DNA of 63,993 bases, the filler included, from Pelomyxa schiedti (taxonomy: Eukaryota > Protista > Evosea): assembly GCA_020536535.1 (NCBI GenBank). It is 17 parts of 17 records of this genome, joined end to end, with 100 filler letters (N's around TTAATTAATTAA, not from the genome) between each part and the next. Parts side by side here need not be neighbours in the genome. Positions count along the whole stretch, not along the records: positions 1 to 1,708 come from JAHLWZ010002320.1; positions 1,809 to 8,693 come from JAHLWZ010001388.1; positions 8,794 to 16,327 come from JAHLWZ010001355.1; 14 more parts are not named here. The stretch is one strand, 5' to 3'. Below the pieces are notes generated by a model, which made no database searches, was not told the DNA's origin, and saw only the letters and a program-made list of their open reading frames with translations. The position numbers and the translations under genes were made by a program. Below are positions 1 to 9,448 of this stretch, one piece after another (positions within the stretch are counted from its first letter, which is position 1; every line of letters starts with the position of its first letter).

Positions 1-18
1 CGTCTTGGCCACGCGTAC

Positions 19-1708
19 ATGGCCGTCGGCGCAATTGCAAATCTGGCCATGCAATACGACATCAGAGAGGTTTTCAACTGTGTCTCAGAGCTGAAGGAGT
101 GCGTTGCCGACATTTACATCAAGAAGTCGTGGATGGATGTTCTATTCTTCATTGACTTGATGTTGTGGCAGCTCACCGTCGGTTCGAAGGAACTCAAACC
201 GATGCCGCCAGAGGAACAGGAAAGACTCAAGAACGCCATTCAGCACATATACTCCGAGTCCAGGAAAGTTGGTATTCTCCACAGCGAAGAGTTGCGTGAG
301 GACGCCGATGCTGCTAAAAAAGAGGAAGCGACAGCGGCAGAACCACCGTCAACATCCAGTGAATCCGCAAAGCACGGTGTGATAATGGGAGCACTTGCCA
401 AAGCAGGCAACAAGGTGAAGGAGACAATATTAACCACAGCACACACTCTCAAAAGGAAAGCGAGTGAGATTACAAGCCAGCTCAATGCAATCATTGAAGG
501 CGAACATGACTTCAGCCTTGGATACGTCAATCTCCTCGACAACGTAATCAAGGCCGAACCGCTCCTCGACAACATCGACATGAAGAACTGGGCACTGGAT
601 CAGCTCAAGGGAATTCTTGTTGGTGAGGATTATCGCGAGAGCACCCTGATGAAGTTCTTCAACTCGGAGGTTGGACTGATGATGGTGGTCATCAGCAAGC
701 TTCGTGAGTATTCAACGATGCCTCCTCCAATTGGAAACACTGCATGGCAGATCCTGGTCGACGTGATGGCATTCATCCACGTTGAGGAGGCAAAAACCCA
801 GGCAAACAGAGATATCAAGAACGGAATCAACTTTGGATTGGCTCGTTACTCTCAGAGGAGGAAGTTCGACAAAGTGTCCTCTGCGCTTAAACGACCGACA
901 CTGGTTTACATTTCCGATGAAGAACAATGGTTGTATGTGGTGCCAAAGGCAACTGGAGCACCACCAGATTACACGTATGTCTTGCGACTGCACAGCCCAC
1001 CTTCACCAAAAGAGCAACCACCCACAGAGGTAATCTCCTGCTTTGATGACAAGTTGAACAAGAGTGAGACAGTATACTCGGCACATGCAAAAGGGATTCT
1101 GAACCCGGTCAAGCTCAATTTCCTGTTTTTCATGAAGACTCACCCAGTTCCTCCCACACCCCCGGCATCAGGGGCCTTTGCCAACATCCACCCAATTTTC
1201 CAGTTCAAGATGTTGATTCCACCAACGAAACCACAAACCGTGGGAGTGGAAGACACCTTGTGCACATCAGAGCTGTTCATGAAAGCCAAGGCGGAGGTGT
1301 TGGCAACACTGAAAGACTCTGTTGATGACCAGGTCATGGACCTGAGAAAACGTACTTTGGAGGACCCACAGCTCGAGTCTCTGCTCAAGACATATGTTGA
1401 GAGTGATTGCAGGGAGACCGTACTTGACAAGGTGGCACAACCGTTGAAGGAGACCCTGTTCAAGAAATTCCTGAATCTGGAACCACCAGCCATGTCGCAG
1501 TCTCATCGCCATCACAGTGGGAGGTCTCATTCCTCTTCCTCTTCCTCATCATCGTCATCCACAACAGGAGCAACAGAGACAACAACCCCAACCAAAACAC
1601 TTGTCCTTGTTGGTTCAGGAGGAACTGGAAAATCAATATTCGGGCACTTTGTGGAGAAACTCCTGTGGGAGTCGTATGACAGGTGCCACGTCATCCCGAT
1701 CTTCATCT
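19..1708 (+). CDS. Large protein fragment ending in a P-loop NTPase (NACHT/STAND-like) Walker A; 3' partial
   Basis: Intronless ORF of >560 aa running off the contig. A Ser/Thr linker is followed by TLVLVGSGGTGKSIFGHFVEKLLWESY..VIPIFI (Walker A at 1612-1635, helix, strand), the usual start of a NACHT-type domain. Confidence 0.6.
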
Positions 1709-1808
1709 NNNNNNNNNNNNNNNNNNNNNNNNNNNNNNNNNNNNNNNNNNNNTTAATTAATTAANNNNNNNNNNNNNNNNNNNNNNNNNNNNNNNNNNNN
1801 NNNNNNNN
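1709..1808. other. Artificial contig linker (N44-TTAATTAATTAA-N44), first of 16
   Basis: Identical 100-nt cassette with stops in all six frames at 1709, 8694, 16328, 18107, 19213, 20945, 23020, 35012, 44076, 45972, 48227, 49431, 52141, 53395, 54564 and 62362. Confidence 0.98.
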
Positions 1809-2083
1809 AGCCGTTGTAATTTGTGCTATTGGCTCCTGCTTACTTGTTATTTTCTTGTGGCACAAAAAGTAGTTCCCACGCTTGTGATGCCGCGTACATT
1901 ATTCTCAGTATCTACAGAATGAAACAATCCAAGAGCTACGAACTTATGGATATAGAAATACCGGAAACCTCTCTCACAAGTGAAAATCAAACAGCGGTCA
2001 TAGTGACACCCATAAATAATGCACCGGCAACCAACGGGTATGTTCCCAACAATCCCCACTTAATACTTAAAATCTCCAAGTAA
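1809..2083 (+). CDS. Probable 3' end of a membrane-protein gene
   Basis: Hydrophobic AIGSCLLVIFLWHKK, a possible short intron, then an open tail to TAA at 2081-2083. No family recognised. Confidence 0.3.
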
Positions 2084-2699
2084 GCTTTACCCTGAAAACC
2101 CAATTGTACCGCCCTGCTATCCACCGCCTACCATACCACCACCAATAAACAACTGACCCACCCTCCACAACCTCACAACACACTGAATTGTAAATAGTTT
2201 AATTAAAAAGTGAGGAAAAGCCATTGCACTTCACCTTTTCTGTTTTGTTTTATTTTATGGCTATCAAAAGGGAGAGACCATGCCATAGATGGGCAAGGGT
2301 CTCTTCCAAACTGGAATTGTACAATTGGCCAAAGGTGAATGTGCGTGGGGGCTACTTTGGGGCCGACATGTGCTCCACGGGTGGTGGCGGGGGAGCGGCT
2401 TTCTCGGCTGTGTCATGATGGGAGGGATTGGCATCCGGCGGTGCGGTAGTAGTGGTAGTTGTATTTGCCTCGGCACCCTTCCCCTGCTGCTGCCCCATTG
2501 TTTTTAAACGTGTTGTCGGTTGGGTTGTTGATTTTGTTATCCACCAGACTTCGGATTAGTGTTGAAAATAACAAACACTTCGGGGAAGTAGACGTGTTTC
2601 GGACGACGCGACGATGGTTTGACGACGCGGACCACAATTTTCCTGGCTTTCTCGATTCTTAAACGCTGTCAAAGAACCCTCACAATCCAATAATCAATT

Positions 2700-4491
2700 C
2701 TAGAGGATGTGCATAAGGCCGACAGCAATTGGAATGAGACCAACAATAGCAGGATAAACAGGTAGTATACTGCCAAGTGACAGTGAGTCCTGAGAAACGG
2801 TTTCCGAATCAGACCCGGAGGTGGAGGTGGAAGGCATTGAGCTTATTCCTTGAGATCTCCAGCCATCATCAGACTTACACGCAGGGTAGTAGTGCCGAAT
2901 GAAGTAGTGCTTGCCCTCGGAGGTAGGCCCCTGCTCAACAAAGCAGTTCTGGCATGAGCTGTCTGTGCACTGCCATAAGATGAGAAGGCCGCCATCAGCC
3001 CATTCCCAATAACCCCACAGGCTGTTGTCAATCAGAACGCACGGCGATCCCGTATAGTAGTGGATGAAAGACGGTGTTCCCTCACATTGGGGGTTATCCC
3101 ATGATGCCTCCCATAACGGCCTTGTGTGGGAAGAAAAAAGTAAGCAAAAGAGTGAAACTGAGAATGATACTCACTCCTCCTGAAACCAAGAATCAAGCCG
3201 GCTTTCAAAGTCAGCAACTGGAATACAGGCAAACCAATGGTTGTAATCAGTGCATGTCATTTCCTCTGTGTACCGTGCACAGTTTCCAGTTGTGGCATTC
3301 TTGCAGTAGTCGGCTGTGACAGTGAGCACTGTGCCGTTAGCATGGCAGTCATCATCGGTTGTGTAAACATCGATGTATACATACTCCAAGACGCAGTCAC
3401 CACCGTCCCAGTCACAGTCTTCAACGTTGCAGCGGTAATCACACCTGCCATCGCCAAGTTGATCCAGAAAGCAAGAACCGCCATTGCAGGTTGCACCATC
3501 TGTGTTGATGTGAGAGAAGAATAGGCAAAGCAACAGAACAAAAGAGGTGATCCACACACCACAATCGCCAGCGTCCCAGTTGCACAAGTTGTTGAAGCAG
3601 GAAGATTGACAGGTTCCATCACCGACATGCGTTTGCAAACAGCCAAAGTAGCAGTACCCCGCAAGTTGGGTATCACAGTCACCACCATCCCAGTTGCATG
3701 CCTCTGTGTAGCATTTCTGATCGCAGTGTGAGTTTCCAACATTCCACCTTTCAGAGCAATCAGGGGAGCAGTATGCTTGGACGTCATGAGAAGAAAACAC
3801 TCAGTAGGATAGATTAAATACATTCGCAGTCACCGCCGTCAAAGTTGCATTCCTCATTGTTGCAACCCCAGCCACAGTTCCCATCACCAATGTAATCCGG
3901 ATAGCATTGTGGGCCGCAGTTGAGATACACTGAGTAGAATGAGGTGAGCCGAAGAAATAAACAGCCAAAAAAACAGGACATAACAATAGAGAGGGAAAAA
4001 CACACAGCAGTCTCCACTGTCCCAGAGGCAATCCTCAGTTGCACACTCATAGTCACAGGTGCCATCAGCTGGAGCCGTGCCATTGCAGCTCCAATTCCCG
4101 CAAGTTGACACACCGCAGTCACCACCATCGAACTCACAAGCCTCAGTCATGCACCACGGGTCACACCACTCATCTCCAATGTCATCCTCCTCGCACCCAA
4201 GGTTGCATTGGTCTGTTAGTTTAGTGGGTTTTGGATTGATAATTGGGTTGGGGGTGTGGGCTGGGCTATGATACAATAGACAGAATACCCACCGGTGTTA
4301 TTACAATCGCCACCATCCCAGTTGTATGTGGCCGTGTAGCACTCGATGTCACAGGTTCCATCACCAACGTTATGATCATCTTCATCATCACACTCCCATG
4401 ACCACCCCTCATTGGCAACACTCAAACAAATCAACGTCCCAACAACAATAACAATAACTCCCAACAGCCCAACAGCTATTCGTTCTTGCAT
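2700..4491 (-). CDS. Surface protein with about 7 LNR (Lin-12/Notch) repeats, signal peptide and C-terminal hydrophobic anchor; multi-exon
   Basis: ATG at 4491 gives MQERIAVGLLGVIVIVVGTLICLSVA. Repeats C..GC....IGDG.CD..C....C.WDGGDC occur in ORFs 4216-4557, 3884-4276, 3814-4137 and 3171-3800. The last exon reads DSLSLGSILPVYPAIVGLIPIAVGLMHIL* with the stop at 2700-2702. Confidence 0.8.
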
Positions 4492-4733
4492 TTTATTATT
4501 CCTATTGTCGGTTGTGTTCTGTCGAGAGAACTTTCTCAAAGCGGTAAAACCGCTCAACTCCGCCTGCGGTCAGTTTCTTTGAACATGTTGACTGATCAGA
4601 GATCCTCCGATCGATCTGAGGAGGATGAAGACTATGCTGCTGATGGAAACCACTGTAGTGAGTTCTGGCAAGTAACTGGATTTAAGTTACAGGTAGATCC
4701 AGAGGACTCCACAACTAAATTTGATTTCGGCAA

Positions 4734-5957
4734 ATGTCCACGATACCAACGCCACCACGGACGTTGGAATTTGTACGTGGTGGTCCAACAACAACCCACA
4801 ATTGGGATTTCATCAACCCACACGGCGGATGCGGTGTCAGAGTGACGAGTTGTCCGTTTGTTCACAACCTCGGCCGCTTCGATCTGTTGAAGTCAACGAG
4901 CCCAACCGTGTGGTCTCAATTGATGGCGTTTCTCGTTGGCATCCATTCATCAACATCAGCAGCGGTGCGGTTGTTGGCACTGCAGGGTCAATCGCTGGTG
5001 TGCTTCATGTGGGACACACTCGCTGAGCTTCTGACCGAGAGGGTCACAGCACTGAGGCTCAGGTGCCTGGTTCCTCCACAGTGGGTCAGTGTGGTGCTCT
5101 CGTTTGGGTTGTCGCCGTTGTGCGGACTCACCTCCTTAGGCAGGAGACAGCGCTTTGACGAAGACCCCACACTTGCGTCCAAGTGCATGGCAGCAAACAG
5201 TCGGTGGCTTGGCGAGGCCCGCAAAGGAGGAGCGGCTGGGGAGTGTGGATTGGTTACTATGCGAGCGAGATGCGCAAATGGCCCTTCTGCGTGGGATTTG
5301 CCGCTTCCACAGTATTGTGGGATGGCCCTGCAGATTGGCCACATGTGCTTTGATTGGATGGAGCCAGGCCAGATGGCAATGTTATTCATTCGCAACCACG
5401 GTCTTGACCCCACTGTTGTTTGTGTGGTTGTCGACGTGGAGCACTCTGTGGCCACTTCTTCACTTGATATCTGCAGCTCAACCACTTGTGTGATGCCAAT
5501 GAAACAAGGAGCACACTGGGAATTGAACTCAACACTGATCATGAGGAGGAATGGTGGGGGACGCGTTTTTGTTCTTGTTGTGAGACATCAGAGCTCAGAA
5601 AAAATGTACAGTGTGATTGAGTTGGAGGAAGGCACTGGACTGGTGAGGGAATTGAGCGAATTCAACAAAATTGTGAAGACCTCGCAACTGAGTGAGTCCA
5701 CATTCTGTGTTTTCCAGGTCATCAATGGGTGTTCATACCAGATTTGGGATTGCTCCTCTGTGGAGACCAGGATGGTGAGAGTGGTGACGTTGCCTGAATG
5801 TGGAAGGTATGCTCAAATTGAAGATGGATTCATTTACCTTGTGGGATACAGTGGGGTCACAGTTTATGAGGTGCACACTGGCTCACCAATCGTAAAGGTG
5901 GAAATTGTGAAGTGGAGTGGTCCTCTTGACTTCCCTCTTCAAATTTCTCATGTGTGA
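4734..5957 (+). CDS. Intronless uncharacterised protein, 407 aa (family X, copy 1)
   Basis: Long ORF with HGGCG..SCP, ANSRWL, SQLSESTFCVF, IWDCSS and EDGFIY..VTVYEVHTG motifs matching the neighbouring 6030-7202 ORF. Confidence 0.75.
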   Translation: MSTIPTPPRTLEFVRGGPTTTHNWDFINPHGGCGVRVTSCPFVHNLGRFDLLKSTSPTVWSQLMAFLVGIHSSTSAAVRLLALQGQSLVCFMWDTLAELLTERVTALRLRCLVPPQWVSVVLSFGLSPLCGLTSLGRRQRFDEDPTLASKCMAANSRWLGEARKGGAAGECGLVTMRARCANGPSAWDLPLPQYCGMALQIGHMCFDWMEPGQMAMLFIRNHGLDPTVVCVVVDVEHSVATSSLDICSSTTCVMPMKQGAHWELNSTLIMRRNGGGRVFVLVVRHQSSEKMYSVIELEEGTGLVRELSEFNKIVKTSQLSESTFCVFQVINGCSYQIWDCSSVETRMVRVVTLPECGRYAQIEDGFIYLVGYSGVTVYEVHTGSPIVKVEIVKWSGPLDFPLQISHV

Positions 5958-6029
5958 TGCAAGCTTACACAAACTCAAAATTTTTACTAACTCTGAGTTT
6001 TTGCTCATAAAAAAACGGGAAAGTGATAC

Positions 6030-7202
6030 CTAGAACACCTCAAAGCCCATGACCTGAAACCCAAACATGGGATTAAAGGGCAAAATGATTGTGCAAACAG
6101 CGTTTCCATGTGAATCAGTTACGTCGATGTTGGTGTCTTTCTTGTTGAACAGGAACCCTGACTCTCCAATCTTAGGGGTGTTCACTGCAAGCGCTTCCAT
6201 GACTCTCAGTGGGGCTGCTGTGTTGTTGCAATCCCAAATCTCGACTGACGCCTCTATCTTTGAGATGCAAAATAGTGATGAACTCAGCGGAGATACCAGA
6301 GTTGCAAGACTGGAGATTGGTCTTGGGGCAACACAGCCACCCTGGAACTCGAATACAGTTGCAGAGCCGAGGCACCACATTTCAGCAAACATAACGCACT
6401 GGCCAGTAGCTGACTTCCTCATAACAATTCCAGAGCGAAATGTGCTCACATGGATGAGTTTCTTCCACTTGACCAGCTGCAGCACCACAGGTTTCTTTCT
6501 GACATAGGTGTCCTTCAAATCTAGCATCACTAGAAACAGTTGCTCCTCACTCTCAAACGCCAGCACAACCTCATCCACCCGGCTCCTGTTGAAAAATGCG
6601 CCCCTGCCTACCAGTTTGAGGTATTCCAGTTCATTAGGCCACGGCAACATCAGCTCCACACCTTGGCCATTGTTTCTAAGCCGGAAGGTCTCATCCAGAT
6701 TCAGAACCCTCAGGTTCCTGCCTTCCCGGCCGCACTCAACAACCCACTTCGTGTTCAGAGCGATGAGCGGTGTGCCTACGATTGCAGAATCCCACAAAGA
6801 ACTCTCACACCCAGTTTCCAAGTCCAAGACAACCACCCTGTCAACGGACACAGGAAATCCATGCTGGGTCATTACGATGTGGTCAATGCTCGACCACCCA
6901 TGCAGAGTGCCGGTCCCACAATTGGTTTTCTTGAGCGCGCAACTGATGGGGCTGTTGAGGGCCGACGAGAGGGTGAACTGGAGGATGTCGTTGTGGGGCT
7001 GGGGCAGTTCCGCGAACAGGCTGAAGGAGACCGCGGAATCTCGGAGGCACCATTCCCACAATGGCGACGTGGCCAGGGGCGGCAGGGACATGTAGTACCG
7101 AGCCGGGCTTTGCGCCCCACAGCGTCGGTGAGATGCCATCGCCAGTGCGTGAAGTTGAGCACGCGCATTGTGGGTCGAGAACATACGCGCAGCTCTGCAC
7201 AT
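6030..7202 (-). CDS. Intronless uncharacterised protein, 390 aa (family X, copy 2)
   Basis: ATG-to-stop ORF with ARAQLHALAMASHRRCGAQSPAR, LNTKWVV, SPLSSSLFCI, IWDCNN and ESGFLF; beta-rich C-terminal two thirds. Confidence 0.8.
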   Translation of the reverse strand: MCRAARMFSTHNARAQLHALAMASHRRCGAQSPARYYMSLPPLATSPLWEWCLRDSAVSFSLFAELPQPHNDILQFTLSSALNSPISCALKKTNCGTGTLHGWSSIDHIVMTQHGFPVSVDRVVVLDLETGCESSLWDSAIVGTPLIALNTKWVVECGREGRNLRVLNLDETFRLRNNGQGVELMLPWPNELEYLKLVGRGAFFNRSRVDEVVLAFESEEQLFLVMLDLKDTYVRKKPVVLQLVKWKKLIHVSTFRSGIVMRKSATGQCVMFAEMWCLGSATVFEFQGGCVAPRPISSLATLVSPLSSSLFCISKIEASVEIWDCNNTAAPLRVMEALAVNTPKIGESGFLFNKKDTNIDVTDSHGNAVCTIILPFNPMFGFQVMGFEVF

Positions 7203-7642
7203 TTTGGCGTAACCACTACTGATTCGTTTTGATTACACCCTACAGGTTGCCCTCGAGGGTCACAACCCTGAGTCTCACGGACAAGAAGTGACTCACAGTG
7301 GGAGAGTGGGATCCTTGTTGCACTTACATCTGTGGATCATCCCCTGGGGTCAAACTGAGTCTAGTAAGGCTCTGTTAGGTGAAGGAAATTTGATTCTCCT
7401 CTTTGAGGAAAAGAACGACCTGCAGCGGTGGAGGGAAAACACGGAAAGCGGACTTAAATGACCCAACTTTGCTTCCATCTAAAGAAGAGCCGTACGTTTG
7501 GTTGAAATAAAGGAAGGTGCGATATCGCTTTTTGTTTTGCTTTTGCTTTATTCTCTCTGTTGATAAAGTTCAGAAAAGAACAAGCCAAACCCTTTTCCCT
7601 TCTTCTTCTGCCCCAAGACAAGACGTAAGCGGTGGCAGTGTG

Positions 7643-8693
7643 ATGGCACGAACAGAGGTCGATGCCGATTATGGGGTGGACGAAAACACCAGCCAAATTC
7701 AAATACGACCACATTCACATAGGGAATTTACCAACGGCAACAATAACACAAACTCAAGCAACAACAACAATAACAACAACAAGAGGGGTGTTGCATGGTA
7801 TGAGGTGGTTGCTATTGGTGTGTCGGTTTGCTGTGCTTGTGTCATTATTGGCACAGTGTGCGTTGTGCCTATCTACACAAAGAGCATGTACGATTCCCTT
7901 GGTATGTTGGTTTGTTTGTATGTTTCTTTAGTGTATTTGGCGTGATATAGTTCATATGCATATTATTCTTTGGCTTGGCTTTCAATGTGTTGTTATCTTT
8001 CATTCTGTGATTGCTAACTCCTTTGCGCTGACAGTGGAGAGGACAAGTGCCACACTACAATCCACCGCAAGGGATGCAGCCTATCAAATCGGTACAAAGC
8101 TGAAAGAGTACCGGACCATGCTGGAAATGTATGGAGATTCTGTGATCCAGGTTCGTACATGAGCATTCCACAAATGTAATAATCTTTTTCAGGCCCGCTG
8201 GGATAATGTGAGTGAACTCCTGCCTGAAAGTTGCTTCTCTTGGGGGCTATGGTTCGCAGTGGGATCAATTTATTACACAAACTCTTCTGAGTGCGGCCTG
8301 GGGCTGACATCTTTCATAACTGACCACCTCTATCCTGGAGACCCTGGTTACTCAGAGATGACGTTGGGTGTACGGAATCTTATGTTGGGACAAACCACTT
8401 ATCCAAACGACTTGGCACTCTCTTTTATGAGCAAGTACAGCATAAATGCTGTTGGCAGTGTCACTCTAGAAGGAGTTGTGAGAATGACTCCATGGTGGAA
8501 TATGAGTGAGATAACCGAAGATAAAGTTGAGGTTTTCACTGAAATACAATCCAATATTGGCATCCAAGCACCAAAGTGGACACCACCTCTCAAAGATCCT
8601 CGGTATAATGGATGGAAGACACGGCTTTACATCCCACTTCTTCGGTCAGGCAGTGCTTTTGGGGTTGCTGTTCTTCAGGTGGATCCAAGGTCA
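7643..8693 (+). CDS. Transmembrane receptor-like protein with a dCache-like extracellular sensor; 3' partial, 2 introns
   Basis: Poly-Asn N-terminus, TM helix (VVAIGVSVCCACVIIGTVCVVPIY), long helix, then PKWTPPLKDP...TRLYIPLLRSGSAFGVAVLQVD, resembling the dCache W-T-x-P-Y and terminal beta-hairpin pattern. Confidence 0.55.
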
Positions 8694-8861
8694 NNNNNNN
8701 NNNNNNNNNNNNNNNNNNNNNNNNNNNNNNNNNNNNNTTAATTAATTAANNNNNNNNNNNNNNNNNNNNNNNNNNNNNNNNNNNNNNNNNNNNAATTTTA
8801 TTTAAATAAAATAGATAGATAACCAAATAAATATACCGTTGGCAGAAGCCGCCCTGCACCA

Positions 8862-8952
8862 CACGGCCCACGGCCCACGGCCCACGGCCCACGGCCCACG
8901 GCCCACGGCCCACGCCCCACGGCCCACGGCCCACGCCCCACGCCCCACGCCC
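8862..8952. repeat. 7-bp tandem repeat (CACGGCC/CACGCCC) x13
   Basis: Counted directly. The minus strand is a run of GGG/GGGG tracts with 3-4 nt loops. Confidence 0.95.
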
Positions 8953-9260
8953 AGCACTCTGCACCCGGGTAGTGCCGCCGGCACACCACCTCGTGGACGG
9001 AGACCCATACGTCATCCACAGCCCCGACGCACCAGCAAGCCGAGATACCAGTCGGCTGCACGGCATGTCCACCTTACGTTGTCCTGCACAACGGTGGCTA
9101 ACCGGCACTACGATTTCTCTCCGAGTTTTTTTCTGAGAACCGATGGGTCTGAGAGCCTTGTCATGGGCACCGACGGCTGGAAAATGGGGGGAAACACTTT
9201 TTTAACCTGTTCAACACTCTGTGGGACCTCTGGTTGGAGTTTTTGACTGCAGGATCCGAA

Positions 9261-9362
9261 GTGTAAAATGACCGCCCCAGGGCGGTCATTTTACACAGGA
9301 AATGATAGGTGACCGCCCTAAATTACATCATGTGGTTTTTCCTCTATGTAAAATGACCGCCC
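9261..9362. repeat. Three alternating inverted copies of a 16-17 bp motif (TGTAAAATGACCGCCC)
   Basis: 9261-9277 is the exact reverse complement of 9280-9296 (2-nt loop). A third copy is at 9347-9362 and a partial GACCGCCC at 9311. Confidence 0.9.
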
Positions 9363-9448
9363 CTGGGCTCCAGATATGAGGTGGCACCACCAACCAAGCA
9401 CACAAGATCTCATCAGATCTCAAAAAACCCCCCACAAACCTGCCAAAA

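Noticed and set aside
1753-1764. TTAATTAATTAA recurring 16 times, superficially like a conserved palindromic site or array repeat
   Set aside because: Always centred in exactly 44+44 N; it is a six-frame-stop concatenation linker. ORFs ending in X...LIN are artefacts of it.
6067-7232. Long antisense and overlapping ORFs (6067, 6508, 6540; likewise 240-581, 36330-36887, 45216-45629)
   Set aside because: Shadow ORFs opposite real coding sequence; no independent motifs.
7740-7781. AAC/CAA microsatellites (also near 18720, 43600, 48830)
   Set aside because: Ordinary poly-Asn/Gln/Thr tracts common throughout this genome.
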